Of a stretch of 64,000 nucleotides of DNA, positions 37,949 to 52,178 are shown one piece after another. The stretch is taken from assembly GCF_009914755.1 (NCBI RefSeq), contig NC_060937.1; one strand, 5' to 3'. A program made the position numbers and the translations under genes. The notes beneath the pieces are model-generated. The model was not told the origin of the DNA. It did no database searches and saw only the letters and a program-made list of their open reading frames with translations. This DNA comes from the human T2T-CHM13v2.0 reference genome, Homo sapiens. The first letter of the stretch is position 1. Every line of letters begins with the position of its first letter.

Positions 37949-39690
37949 GTGATGCTGGCATCACTTACTGCTTTTAGTTCAACCCTGCAACAGGTTTTCA
38001 AACATGACCATTTTGCTTTCTTATGCTTGCAAATTAGAAACATCATTAAATAGGCTACATAAAAAATAAGATTTTTAAGAAATATTTTCTACGCAGAATG
38101 GCCAATGTCATTGATAGACATAAAATAATGACCATGCTTATTCTCTTTCATTATTTGATCAGCATATTCAGGTATATTATTCAACACACTTAGTCATAAA
38201 GTTCTTGAAGCATCTTTTTGTTCCTCATAGTTCATATTTTCTTGCACTTCTTAATCTATGGTTAATGAACAAAAGCATGCACACACAATTCTTTTAAAAT
38301 AAATGTAGTCTGTGGGAAGTTTTAGATAATCCAGGGATTTTTAAGTAATTGAGAGCTTTGAAAAGAATACTTTAGAAGTCAAACCTTTTGGCCTCAGTTT
38401 GTAGCAAGGAAACAAACAACAAAATGTAAGCTGTATATGAAAGAGACACAAATAGAAAACAAGGGAATCCTTAATATAAAGAGGACTCAAGTCAGTTAAA
38501 AAAAAAGTCATATTTCTTTCTTAAGTTCAATAATTCAGTATTCATAAGAGATATATCTCCCTCCACCCCCATGACCCTCACACATACATGCTGCTTTTTA
38601 GCATTAACAATGAACTTTATTATAATTAACTTATTCTATGTGTGTGTAAAATTAGTGCCAGGTCTGAAATGAACTCTAAGTCTCTGCATCCTCGCCCCTG
38701 TTCTTTGGAATTACTGAGGGACTATGAGCTATTGCACCATGAGGGGAAAATATAAAGGTCAATTTATTAATGTGTGTCTGCATATATCTTATTGTTATTT
38801 GCAAGTCTTAATGCTAAGCAGTCACTTCAAGTTTTATAGGATGTAATCTGGTACTTGTAAATAAAACTCAGAGTTCTCGAAAGAAAATCATAAAAGTAGC
38901 ATATTGCAATCAAAGAGCAGATGTCTTGTGATGTCAAGCTGAATATTTATGGTCTTGCTCTAAGCCAATCTCTGAAACTGACAACAAATTACAAATTATT
39001 TGAATATCTAAAAGAGAATAATTTCATTAGAAAGGTGTTAAAAACTTTGCTTTGCAAACAAACAAACAAACAAAAAACAAATAGATTTTTAGTTCTAAGA
39101 AAAAGGAAAAAAACCCACACAATACTGAAATAGAAAAATTCAACAATGTATTCAAGAGTTTCTGATTACTAGTAATGAGTGACCCAGAACAACTAGATTA
39201 GACTTCTTTTAATTAGATTGTGGTAAGTATTCCAACATACCTGAAAGATGAAAAAAATATTCTTAATTTGATTCTTGCTAATTTAAATTCTCAACCAAAT
39301 TAACTTTAGTGATTAAATTTCACACGTAAAAATGTTTAACATCTTATTTCTTAGTTGGCCTTGGAAGTGTTTCTAGATTATTCTGGCTCTTCTGCAGAAG
39401 GTCTCAAAAAGAAATGTGGTAATTTATCTTCTGTAGTCAAACATGTCACTTTTGCTTTTTATAATGAGGCAGAAGGGATACTGTTATTCACCATATTTCT
39501 GCTATGTTAAGATTTGGAAGTTAATTGGGGAGAACCATAAATAAGGTCATCAAAATCCAAATGCTTCAGTGAAACTTGAGCCCCCTCGACAACATTCCTA
39601 AAGTGTTGTTATTTTGTCTTTGCGGGATATTCCAGTGACATGTTAATCTGATCCATCTTCAGAGGGTTGTATCATTCAAAGTTTACTTCC

Positions 39691-40051
39691 TGATATGGTT
39701 TGGCTTTGTCCCCACTCAAATCTCATCTTGAATTGTAGCCGCCATAATCCCCATGTGTCATGGGAGGGACTCTGTGGGAGGTAATTGAATCATGGGGCCG
39801 GGTTTTTCCCATGCTGTTCTCATGATAGTGAATAAGTCTCATGAGATTTGATGGTTTTATAAAAGACGTTCCCCTACACATGCTCCCTTGCCTGCTGCCA
39901 TGTAAGATATGTCTTTGCTCTTCCTTCACCTTCCACCTTGATTGTGAGGCCTCCCCAGCCATGTGGAACTGAGTCCATTAAACCTCTTTTTCTTAATAAA
40001 TTATCCAGTTTTGGGTACATCCTTACAGCAGTGTGAGAACAAACTAATCCA
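39691..40051 (+). mobile_element. THE1C/D-like solo LTR
   Basis: tgatatggtttggct..gtcccc...ccattaaacctcttt...cagcagtgtgagaac.aactaat.ca. Confidence 0.88.
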
Positions 40052-41281
40052 CTCACTTAAAAGAACTTTGATTGAGGGCTTACTGTATGAACAGTCCTAA
40101 GAAACTGAGATACCACACTGAACCAAATTCCTGGCAATGTGGAATTTATAGGCTATTTTTTCATATTATGCTGAATTCTAACTCTCCCTAACTTCTATCT
40201 TTTGTTATCAGTTGTTCATATATCAGCCTTATACTACTATTATCTGCCAGCCTAATGAGGCTTTATTTTGTTAACTGATCTCTAAACTGATGTTTTCATC
40301 AAATCTGAAAAGAAATATTTTAAAGGTGAAAAATTTGAACTATCAGTGGTATAGGTTACATGTAAAACATTTCAACTAAATATGCATGATTCTGAGGCAG
40401 AAACAGATGCACTGAAAGTTTATGATTTTTATTTCTCTGGTCCATGTTCCTGGGCTTGCTTCATTAAAGCTGAGTGAGTAAAACTGATTGACAAGTAAGG
40501 CAATGTAAATGCAAATGCCTGAATCCACAATAGGACAGCCCCTTTAGAAAGGAATTGATGGCTCTGTAAATACAGTACTAACTAAACACCATGTATTGAG
40601 GACAATCTACAAAAAATAATATTTTGTCCTTAGAAATGTTTTGTTGTTACCTTGTAGATAGGCCCCAAATTATTTTTTAATAATATATAATAGACATGAA
40701 TTATCTGCAGGTTACATATGAAAAAAAGATTCAGCATATAGTCTCATGCACAAGCAGACCAATTATTCTTTGAATCAAACCTCCCAACACCAATAATGGA
40801 ATGCCAACCATATTTTCTTAATTGGCTCATGAATATGTTAAGGGGACTGGAGTTATTCTTTGCATATTTATTAATTCTATGTTTTCCTATTTATCTTGAA
40901 ATATTAACTTTGACAAAGAAAGAACTTATGTTGATTTGACTTATTTTTTAATTCACAAAAAATATTTTATGTCTCAATTTACTAGCTTCACAGTATATAC
41001 AGAATAGTAATGATTTTTTCATTCAGTAAAATGGTAGATGGGTTATTTCCAGCCCCATTCTTTATTTTATATTAATTCAAAGCATCCTTTTCAATAGTTT
41101 GAAATGTTACATCCACCTTGTCAAGTAGATCCAGTTGTTATAGCTGCCATTATACAGACTCTTCTCTGTAATAATTATTTTCATCATAAATGAAAGCATC
41201 CATCTTATTGGCATATTCCTTTATCAACACTGTGGTGTGAAATATGTTCTAGTTGATGAATATTGGCAAAATAGGTCATCT

Positions 41282-42805
41282 TGTTGGCAGTGGCAGCCCG
41301 TTGGGAGTGGCTGCTGTGAAGACATGGGCTGAAGTTGGGGAGGTGCAGCTAGGGCTGGGAACAGGGGGAGCCCTGCCCCCTTCTGAATTGGCAGGGTGGG
41401 AGCCCTGCCCTCCGAGGCACTGCTGCAGCTACCCAGCCACAGCTGCGGACGTGGGCACCCTGTGCTCCTGGGGACCTCTGAGCCCCCTCAGCCTCGCGGG
41501 CTCAGAAGTGCCTACTCCCACTGCCTGGCTTCTCCCTGTGCCTGGTGCCCACTCTGATTTCAGAGCAAAGTTGAGGGCAAGCCCGGGTGCTCTTCTGACC
41601 TGCCTGTGGGTGCGCATGTTTGGGGTGACGCTGACATGCCAAACCCTGGCCCTTGGCCCCCTTGGACTTTATGCACTGATCAGCATGGGAGGGAGGCTGA
41701 GGCAGGGTTGACGGCAGCTTGTCGGGCCTGCAGGCACTCCTCAGCATGAGCAGCGTGGGCACTATGGACAATATGATAGCAGCAGGAGGAAGACAGACTT
41801 CTGCATAGAAAAGGGTGGGTGCACAGTGAAGCCCCACCTTCAAGCCAGAGATGACCTAAAGTATGGGGTCTGGGCTGTCAGTTCTGGCTGGAGTCCATGG
41901 CTTGGAGTAAGAACTTATGGTGCTTTTTCCAGGCCTGCCTATGGCTGCCCATGGACTAATCAGCATGCACAATGCACTTCCTTCCTTCTGAAGCCCATAA
42001 AGGACTCTCTCTCCATTCCGCCCCATCCACCACTCAGCCATACTCACAGAGATGTTGGGACAACTTGCCTGCAGATGGCAGCTACCCATGCTTGGTCTCT
42101 CCGCTGAGGGCTGCAACCTGCCTGCGGAAAGGAGCTACCCACTTTGGGTCTATTGAAAGCTGTCCTGTCACTCAATGAAGCTTCTCTCCACCTTGTTTAC
42201 CCTCCAGTTGTCCATGTACCTCATTCTTCCTGGATGTGGGACAAGAACTCAGGACCTGCTGAATGGCAGGACTGAAAGGGCTATAACACAAACAGGGCTG
42301 AAACATGACCTGCCACTCACCATGTTGTGAGCGACGGGAAGGAGAAAAGAGTTGCCGCCCTTAGGGAAGCCCAGACCTAGGGGCTCCCCAAGTTAGGGCT
42401 ATGATGATACTGTCTTTGAGGCTCTGTGGTTCCTGGCATCTCCAAGTTTCCAGGCACCACTGCATTCCCCTTGTCCAGGCATGGGTGCCCACAACAGAAG
42501 CTGCATGTAGTACATCTGGTTCAGCTGCAGTGCCTGAAGCTGCCCACCCTGCCGCAGCAGCCAGTGTGCCTGCCTGTGCGCTGTGGCTGAACCCCATGCT
42601 CACTTGCCCACACACCCCTCACTGATCCGAGCCTGGCTTGCCCTTGGCAGGTATGGAATCCAGGCTGATAGCATGAGCCGAGTGCAGCCTTCCAGGATGA
42701 GTGGGCAAAGCGAGCCCACCAGGCATGAGCAATACTCAGGCAGAAGGTACCACCAGCCACAGAGGTTTCCAGCTGGTGAAGCAACACCCCAAGTATCCCG
42801 TGACA
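41282..42805 (+). mobile_element. MER52 (ERV1) solo LTR
   Basis: 1.5 kb, GC-rich, TG...CA ends, perfect 4-bp TSD atct (41278-41281 / 42806-42809), MER52-type ends (tg.tggcagtggc...; agaggtttccagctgg..aag..acacc). Confidence 0.87.
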
Positions 42806-43236
42806 ATCTGAGTAGCAGGAAGAGAATGTCTGAAAGCTGTGTATTTTTGTTGCAATGACTATCTTCTTGGTTTCTGACCAGGAAGACTCAGAATAAGTAT
42901 GGTAGCATTTGTTGTCCTGGAATAGAAAGACAGGCACCAATCATGAGGACAATTTGGTTAATAATGGCAGGAAAGCAAAAAGGAGAGGAAAGTTTCAATG
43001 CAAGTACAGATCTAAGCATGGAATTGAGTCAACCAAAAAATTCTTTGCTCTGTGATTACTGTTCAATCCCAGCACCGTTGTCATGTCCAGCTGTCAGAAT
43101 TAAAAGACAGTTTCCTGAGATACAGCCCTGCCCAGTTTGAATCAATAGGAAACTGGCCTGTTCACGTAGTAGGATCACATTTTCCCTGACTAGTAAGTGA
43201 GATTTGGAAATCATCTCTTGCCATTGTGTACCAGGA

Positions 43237-43430
43237 CAATGCTTCTCAATCTTTATTCCAATCATGAGCATTCTTGAAAATTGGATGGAAGACATAAATC
43301 TTAGAAAGGTACACATGCACTTACATGCACATACACATTTTTGTAAACTATCGAAAGGGGTTTGCACGTGTCTTCTCACCCAATTGTGATTCTCCCTGGG
43401 GCCATGGACTCCAAGATAAGAACTTCCTAC
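43237..43430. mobile_element. MER103-like hAT MITE
   Basis: caatgcttctcaa...catacacattttt...ccatggactccaag.taagaac. Confidence 0.5.
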
Positions 43431-43459
43431 ACTAGAGGAGAAGAAACTAGCTTTAATCA

Positions 43460-43605
43460 TGTAGTCCATGTGTTAGATATTATCCTAAGCACTTTATACA
43501 TACTCTCTCATTTACTCCTTACGACAACCCTGTGAGGTCATTTTATTGACCCCATTTTTCAAATGAGCTGGTCAGCATCAGGACTTGAGCATGGTTAAGC
43601 AACCC
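43460..43605 (-). mobile_element. MIR
   Basis: ctaagcactttatac...ctcatttactcctt..acaaccctgtgaggt...ccccatttt. Confidence 0.7.
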
Positions 43606-45801
43606 ACAGGTGAAGACCTCAGAATACTAAATAGTCTGTTCATAAGCACTTAGTGCCATATTCTCCCAGTTTCCTTTTCTGGTTTGCCACCCTGTCTTTC
43701 TACTAATCCAAACTGTTCAACAGAGCTTATCTAGTTTCCCTTCATCCTCACTTAGACAATTACTTCTCCTCATCTTCCCATTGGGAGCCCCTGTTCTGCT
43801 TCATAGCCACCCTTCTGTGCTATAGTATCACTACTTTCGCCAGCTGCAAGGAGCTGAATCTTCTGATGTACGACCTCCATACCCTCATCTAGCCTCCTGC
43901 CACCAATTACCCCTACAGGTTTAGTCTCACATCTGTTCCTAAGCCAATACTAATTGAGGCAGGAAATAGACCTTGGTGTAGTGAGTCTGGGAATTAAATT
44001 ACTTTAACAAGATCCACTGATCTGGCATCCAACAGCTGGGCTTTCAAATCTCCATTCCATTAACCAGATGAGGAATCCAATGTGTCTATGTGTATGCCTT
44101 TGTGTGCTTCTGTACTTTCTATTTTATACATTTCCTATTGGCAGCATGTAAGGACTTTTACTATCTTGGAAATTAAATAGAATATTCCTTGAGAGTTAAA
44201 CTTTGGGTAAAAAACCAGAGCAGAGATAAGCAAAGTATTGGGAAAGGTAAAGAATGGTTCCCATGTTGAAAGGATTTGATTGCAACTCAATTGTCCATAT
44301 TAATTCACTTGAATAAAGACTGTTATCTATGTAAATAAGGGTTAGCCAGTAATGGAAATATAGAAAATGGAGAGTTTCAGGGAAATAAATGTTGGCAATG
44401 CCAACTCAGGAATAGCCAAGGGAATGAATACTGCTAAATATTCCTTTGAAACTCAAATGCTTCCCTTACCAAGAAAGGTGTCCCTTTTGTGATGAGAAAT
44501 GCAATTAATTGTAGGCAATGAAAACAGCATGTTCTGGATCCATTCACAACAATAATATTTCTATGGACAAGTGGGTATGTTTCATGTTATCTTAGCACAA
44601 TGCCCTTGAACAGTTTATACATCAAATCATCTTTCTACTAATTCCACACTTACCTAGTTACCATCTATTTATGATTTGATTTTCCATTTAGTTCTCTCTA
44701 CAGGCAAATATTTACTACTCATGTACATGATAAATATCACTGGTCATTGGTGCTATGACAGTAATTTTTCAAGATGACTTAATAAAGTGGTATGGAATAT
44801 TATTTGATTTCTTTTAAAGTCCAGCCACATTTTAATATTTGCTGATGCAACTGTTCTGCTCAGCATGGCACTTATACTCATTGAATTTTTCAAGTCAGGA
44901 GTTACAAGTATACTCTAGTCTTGGGCACATTTTAGTTAGGGTCATTCAGCCTCTCACCACTTGTTTCTCTGAGCACTATCAAGAAGGGGGCATTGCACAT
45001 TGATTATAGAGTACAGAGCCTCTGAAATGACTTACCTAATTGAGGCATTTTCTGGGGAGGCTATTCTGAGCAGGAGGAAACCTTCCCTTTATGGCACAAT
45101 GACCAATTTCATTATCTTGAATAGATTTTTACATTGTCTGCTCTATGATAGAACTGCGATTCTCTTTGCTCCCAGCTCCCCAGTTGGTATAGTTCCTTGG
45201 CTTATTATGCACATACCCCGTCCCTTATTCTGCCATCCCTCTAGCTACTTGGATGATATCTGGATGTCCAGAAACAAAGCTTTGGTTTGACCGAATCTGG
45301 TAATAGACCTGCCAAGTGCCTGGCTCATGGACTGTGCAATAGCCTGTCCCATCCCCTTATACTCTTGGCTGAGGGCCTTTAACAGAAACAAACTGTGAAT
45401 AATGTCGCCTGGCCAGCTAGTGTTTCCCAACCCTCTGGATCTGCCCGTCTGGTGTCTGGTATTAGCAGAAATGTGAGTGGGCACTGATACTGCTCCGTTT
45501 TATGCCCAAAGTGTCTGTATCTTTTGAAAATGTTCCTCAGGCTGTTTGCTTGTCCTCACCAGAGCCAGAATGCATGGTTAGATTAGATTTCTTGACACTT
45601 CCTTCTGTTTGGTCCCAGCTTCCTTTCCCTCTCTAATAGTCACATGGTAGAGAATCTTAAATGCCAGATTGAGAAATAGGTTTTTAGTTAATTTGTGTCA
45701 TGTCAGCAGGGGAGGCTGTGCCCCTTAAAGATTATTAAGAAGATAATATGGAATGAATTGAAAAGGGAGGACATATTAAGATGGGGACCAGATAGTCTAA
45801 A

Positions 45802-46023
45802 ACAATTCACAGCAAACTGTGAATTGTAAGTCAAATTTGGCCCACATTTTTTTGTAAATAAAGTTTAATTGGGACATAGTCACATTCGTTCATTAATGTA
45901 TTTTCTATGGCAACTTTTGTGATACCAAGAAGAGTTGACTAGTTGTGACAGAGATCGTACAGTATGCAAAGCCCCTCAAAAATTATTATCTGGCTCTGCA
46001 CAGAAAAAGTTTGCAGAACCCAG
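45802..46023. mobile_element. MER58A hAT MITE
   Basis: tttttgtaaataaagttt.attgg.aca...tagttgtgacagaga...tatctggc.ct..acagaaaaagtttgc. Confidence 0.8.
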
Positions 46024-46517
46024 TCAGTCTGCCTGATGATTATCGAGGAAGAGGTTAGCAAGAAGATTGAAAAAAGTATTAATGAGGGGCACTGAAGAAT
46101 TTTATTGTAATTTTTTGACAAATGCCTAAGAGGTTTTATGTCCAAATACACTTCAGATATTACATTTGACTTTTGGAATAATTTTGTCAGTGTGAGCTAC
46201 AGGCACTCCCAAACTAGTGGCAAGAACAAAGAACCTATTCTGATGTTCAAATCTGTTAGGAAACAATAAATTTTTGCCTTTGAAACATTGTACACCTTCC
46301 ATATGATTTGGAAACTCTACGATTTGATTTTGGAAATAAACAAAGTACCCAGTCAACTGGTAAATGGAATAATTCTAATAGTGAGGGTAGAAGACATGTT
46401 CCAAATGTTTACTGAAGTAGAGCTTCAAAAGAAGTGGGGAAAATTATAGAATTCTAAGAAATAAAAGAAACGGATATACTTGAACTTTCTAGACCAAAAA
46501 AAAAAGCTAACTGGAAA

Positions 46518-46612
46518 GATAGATAAGTAGGTAGGTAGATAGGTAGCTAGCTAGATGGATTAGATAGATACATAGATAAGATAGATGGATAGATAGATAG
46601 GTTACATACATA
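46518..46612. repeat. Imperfect (GATA)n/(TAGG)n microsatellite
   Basis: Seen directly. Confidence 0.85.
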
Positions 46613-47251
46613 GAAATCTATAATTTAACTGAAATTCTTCTCTCCACAATCCAATCTATTTCTTTCTTTGCTGTGACCTTTCCCCTATTAATTCATTAAT
46701 ATGCACTGTCTCAGGGGAGAGATTATATCGAATGTAGAGGATAAATACCTTGGCTTCTGAGTTACAAAATAGGCTCTTGAGACTCATAGCAGAGACAGAT
46801 TCTTGAAATCCAGGGCTTTTGACCTGTAAGGGTTGGAATACTCTATTTTTAAAAGGCTAATCCCAAAAGACATCTAGTTTCTGCTATAATTAATAGTTTG
46901 GAAATATGATAGGAGTCTATCCCTGGAGATTAGGTAGGGATTGTCCAAGTTAGGGGAGGAAAACTTGAGAGAATATGACTTTGTTTTAGAAAATTACTGT
47001 CTCCTAAGAGAGTAATGTCATATCAACACAATATCACAAGAGAGTAACACTATATCAATGCAATTTTCTAAAACAAAGAAAGTTCAAAGCTCAGTTCCGT
47101 AACCTGGAACTGAGATATAAGTGAATAGAGTTCTAGAACCTCCAACTACACTTGAGGGAGGAAAGTGCAGGACACCGAGGGGACCTGTGTCTTGTGTTTC
47201 AGATGGTGAGTGGAGATTTGGGAAGCCTTGTAGAGAAGTCCTGTATTCTGT

Positions 47252-47594
47252 TTCCTTTCCTTCCTCCCTCCCTCCCTCCCTTCCTTCCTTCCTTCCTTCC
47301 TTTCTTCCTTCCTTCCTTCCCATGGTTTCCCTCTGTCACCCAGGCTGGAGTACAGTGGCACGATCTCAGCTCACTGAAGCCTTACCTACTGGGCTCAAGT
47401 GATCCTCCCACCTCAGCCTCGCACATAGCTGGGACTACAGGCACGTGCCACCACACCTGGCTGTTTTTGTATTTTTTGTAGAGATGGGGTTTCATCATGT
47501 TGCTCAGGCTGGTCTCAAACTCCTGGGCTAGGAATCTGCCTGCCTTGGCCTCCCAAAGTGCTGGGATTACAGGCATGAGTCATGGCACCCAGCC
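47252..47594 (-). mobile_element. AluJ whose tail has become a (CCCT)n/(CCTT)n microsatellite (47252-47321)
   Basis: Alu dimer. TSD tgtattctgt (47242-47251) / tgtgttctgt (47595-47604) encloses the microsatellite. Confidence 0.9.
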
Positions 47595-48565
47595 TGTGTT
47601 CTGTATAATTTCTACGATATTGAGTAGCAATGACCACACAAGTTACCTGGGCAGGTGGATTTCAAGGCAGCTCTACAATTTCAGGAGAGTAGCCATTTGT
47701 CTTTCCTGTTCTTCAATTACAGGGTATGGATGTAGCTAAAAGAGATCTAGAGAATCAAAAATCTTGTTGTTGGAAAGAAGTGGGTGTAGAAGCCATGATC
47801 TAAGGGAGACCAGATGGCATATGGAATGTCTCATTAAAGATTAACAAGAATAAATGCAAACAAAGTGCAGTGTGAACAGATGATCTGGGAAAGGACCCAT
47901 ATCCTCCCCAATGTGGTGCCACTTGAGCTGAACCAAAACCTGGGTACAATTCTAGAGGGGGAGAACCTAATTGACTGCAAAATTTTAATTTATCTAGAAA
48001 ATACTGCAGGGACTCCATAAATTGTGATTAGAATGAGTTTACATTGAATTGAATAAGATTAAGTTGTTGTGTACAGATGAAATGATTATTTTGACATAAG
48101 AAATAATATTTTAAAAATATATAGCATATATTTTGTACTGTGAATATTTGTACTCACCATTTATAGATCAAGAAAATTTTCAGTTTTTTCCTTTTGGTTG
48201 TAAGATCATGCTATTTACTTTTTTGTATATATTGTGTTATACATAACACATTTTAACAATGGATATGTCTTATTTTAATAAATATGATCCCTGATAGGTT
48301 CCAGAAGTATTGAATTGGCTTTAAAGCCAAAAAAAAAGTGTGTGCTGATTGTACTAGGAGAATTTTAGTCATGTCTTTATACTCAGAACATGACTCTCAA
48401 TTGTGACTGTATTCTGGAAAAGGGACAGTGTCTCTCTTTCTTTCACTGCACACACACGAAGATGTCTCTTTCAGTCAAGCAGGATAGTGGGAAAGGGGGA
48501 GAAAAGGTGGTATAACAAAGGGGTGTTTGGTATTACTGTTGTTAGGTCATCCAAGCTGATTAATG

Positions 48566-48590
48566 AGAGAGAAAGAGAGAGAGCGAGAGA

Positions 48591-48626
<36 letters not shown>
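48566..48626. repeat. Compound (GA)n(GT)n(GA)n microsatellite
   Basis: Seen directly. Confidence 0.95.
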
Positions 48627-49984
48627 ATGGTGGCTGGGAACACAATGGTTTCGATAGGTAAACACACAAGTTTCTCCCCTGCCCTGAGCCCCATTGCTGT
48701 CATAGAGGACATTCTCATACACGAAGTAAATTGCCCTGATGAATCATCCTACTGCTTGGCTTCTTAGTGTCAGAAACAACTATGAACAAAATGAAATCTC
48801 ATTTTAACATTTTGCAGAAGATTTATACCTTTAATACTCTTATTAAAGAATGAACAAAACCTTGAAACTGACCTAGAATTTCATTTTATGGCCCAATGGA
48901 GAACTGTTTTCCCAATAAGCATAAAATGCCTTTATCAATATTAATTTTCTAGGTTATTGATGATGATGTGAAAAATTTCTTATTACAATGTGTAAAAATA
49001 TTGTGAGGACATAGGACATTTTTTGACATAGGTGCTGAAGTGAAATTGCTTTTATAGAATACTTGGCAGCACATTTAGAGTGCTGTTTACTAAAATTTAA
49101 TCTGGTTATTTGTAAGTTGATTTAATAATCCATTTATTATGGTAATATAGTGACAAATAATGATATGTAACATGTACTTTATACTAATTTATTAAAAATA
49201 AAAATTATGGGTGTGTGAAGTGGGAACTAGATAATTCATAGGCATATATTTGCAAATATCCTGAGAGGCAGAGAGGTTTATTCCTGTTGAATAGAAGACC
49301 CAAGAAATACATAAATCAGTTATCATAAAACTAAATGAAAAGAAGCTGGAATTGAGATGTTTGCCTTTCTTTTACTCAGGTACATATTTCAGGTATAATT
49401 ATTACTCAAAGGGGCTACATTACATGGTTGATTTAGATTAGCTAAGCATAAAGAATGTTGTACTTCAAAGTAAATAGGAATAGGCAATGACAATTTATGT
49501 CTTTACTGCCAAAGAAACAAGGAGTTTAGGAAGAAGATTAAATGTAACGATAGTTTAAAATGTTTCAGTATTACTTATTGCTTGTCAAAATAAAATTGTC
49601 AAAATTGAAAACTAAGGCTATATATAAGGGAACTTGCATAAACTTTAGAAATAATATACATAAAACTGGAGTTGGTAATTTATTTCTACCTTAACAAATT
49701 CATTGTTTCTATTTTATTAATCTAACTTAGTTTGTGGGGTTGTTTTGCTCTTTTCTTTCCTCTTTTCTTCCTAGACTTCCCATCATATTGGCCACAGGTT
49801 GACACTTACTGACAGGTGTATGTATGCAAATATAAACACTAGTGACACTTAATTACATAAACTCTTGGGAAATACACCATTTGGCTACGCATATTAGCAG
49901 TTGTAAATATTTATTGAACAGTTCTGTAATTAACATTTTGCTGTGTTATAAGAGTGTTTTTTTTAACGTACTTTCAATAACTGA

Positions 49985-50105
49985 TCACTTGATTCTCAAA
50001 ACAGCTGTCAGTTAGGGAGTGGGGTATTATCCACATTTGACAGATGAGGAAACTGGAGGCCAGAGTCAAAGTACCTAGTTGGCATCAGAGTGAGGCCAAG
50101 GGATT
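49985..50105 (-). mobile_element. MIR
   Basis: tattatcc.catttgacagatgaggaaactggaggc.agag. Confidence 0.7.
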
Positions 50106-50489
50106 ATGCTTTCTTTCAGGGAAAAAAGAAATGGAAAAAAGAGAGACTGGTGCTTATTTAAAGCTGAAGAATGAACTATCAAATCATGCCCAAGCAAGGT
50201 CTAGAAGTGGAAGAAACAATTATTCTGGACATCTTTCAGTCAAGTGTATCATTATCATAGATTCCCAGGCATTCTTATCAAAATTGTGGCTGTGTTAAGA
50301 AGTTTTGCAAGGTTAGCTTCTGAGAAGGTGAAAAAATTTAGGCTGAAAAATCTGCTATATTTGCCATCTTTAACCAGGTAGACAGATTTTACTCCTGCTG
50401 AAAAAAAAAAAAAAACCTTTGCATTGAAAAAAGAATTATCTTTGAATGTTTTCTTTAAGACACAATTCAAGCACTATTTTAAGGGCATC

Positions 50490-51060
50490 TACCTTCTCTT
50501 TCATCAAGTATTGAGCACCTACAAGATACTAGAAATTCTGTTAGATCTGGGGATAGAATACAGCCTAATAGAAAACAATCTAAACCCTATTATTCTTAAA
50601 AATGGGGGATCAGCATTATACAAATAAATGATCACATTAATATATAATTAGAAAGTATACATGTAATTGAAGAAATTAAAGAGCGTGATGATTAAGGCAA
50701 CTGATTTAGATTCAGGATCAGTGAATAAGTGACATTAAATTTCAGACCTGAAAGAAAATTAGGAATTAGGCCAGGTGGGGAAAGAATTCCCCTGACAGAG
50801 CGACAGACAAAGCTGAAGATAGAGGCTGCACCAAGTTGTTGAGTCTTACAGGCCAGGCTGACAAATCTGATTCTTTTTCCTGGGGAAAATACTGAAGAAT
50901 TTTAAGTGAGCAATTATAAGGTTAAATTAGCATTTTCAGTTAATTTACTGCTAGATGGAAAATGGATTGAAGGAGAATAAAGGAAGATTCAGAGAGTCTA
51001 TATCAAAGATTAGGGTGACTTTTACTAGAGCTGTGGCTGGGGAGATAGAGACACGAACCT
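50490..51060 (-). mobile_element. L2 3' fragment
   Basis: caagtattgagcacctac...ctggggataga...gtgacatt...agacctgaa...actgaagaattttaag. Confidence 0.6.
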
Positions 51061-52178
51061 ATTCAAGTCATAGCTATTTCACCAGAAAAAATGAGCACTG
51101 CCTGGACAAATACTAATTATCATTTTGGCCAACCTTATATTTTTTGTTAATAAGAAACAGTATTTTAGAATAAACCCACAATCCAAAATATTAGAGAAAT
51201 ACTATTGTTTCTGTAACTTTGCAGATCTGATACCAAATCTATGGAAAGAAGTTGAAATGCTGAAACAATGAGCTTTTCAAAAATCTAGGCATTTGGCACA
51301 GTGTTCAAAAGAAGGGAGTCCTAGACTTGCTCAGTTTTGAAGCTGCACATCACGTACCTAAAAAACAATGTGTAAGTCCCATCCTGCCAGCAGTCAGAAA
51401 GTCCAGCTTTTTTTTTTTTAACAATTTTATTCCCCAGTAGTTTTCTGAGTAACCCCAGAGAAAGCTGATGTGCTTCCCAAATCCGTCCTTGTTGCCACCT
51501 GCCACTTTAGTCAACCAAGGGTCTCTAGACCACAGCATGGCTTTTGTGCGTGTCACCCTGTGCTGTCTTGAGACTGGAATCTCTGAACAGTCTGGAACTT
51601 CTTTCTCATTTCCCCAATGCAGATTACATTGTCTGGCCTCAGATTCCCCATGGTGTTAAGTGAATCTATAATTCTTAAGAAGATTTTTTCTGAAGGCTTG
51701 GGGATAACAGAAGAGATTTCAAACTCAGAGAGAATAAAACTGGAAACTATAGTCATTCTCAGTTCATAATGCAAGCCCCAACAACAAATATCACCTTTTG
51801 TCCCCAGCCTGTGGTCTGCAGCCTGGGTACCTGAAGATACAGACTTCTCGTTCCCAAAGTTACTCTCCTCTAATTGTTTCTCCCCTATCAGGAGCCCACC
51901 CCAGCCACCAAAGAAAAAAAATGCAAGCCTCTTTGTGAAAAAGATCCACAGTGTACAATTTGATCCCTAGTGAAGACCATCTTACTGTTATTTTGCAGAG
52001 GGCTTTAGCCTCTTGATCCTGGGTCTCTTCATCATAGAGTGGGATTTGTGCTTTACATTTGTCAAGGCAGAAAGGACTTAAAGTGATTACCCCTGCACTA
52101 AACAGTAATTGCCCTCCCATGTGGTTTCAACCTTTAGAGAAACAGGTTCCTGATCAAAGTGTCAAAAATTCTTGGGTT

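Noticed and set aside
41253-42940. Cluster of overlapping ORFs on both strands
   Set aside because: Expected from the low stop-codon frequency of the GC-rich MER52 LTR.
48566-48663. GA/GT repeat followed by ATG and AG|GTAAAC as a possible first exon
   Set aside because: Weak donor, no CpG island, and the peptide MVAGNTMVSI is not recognised.
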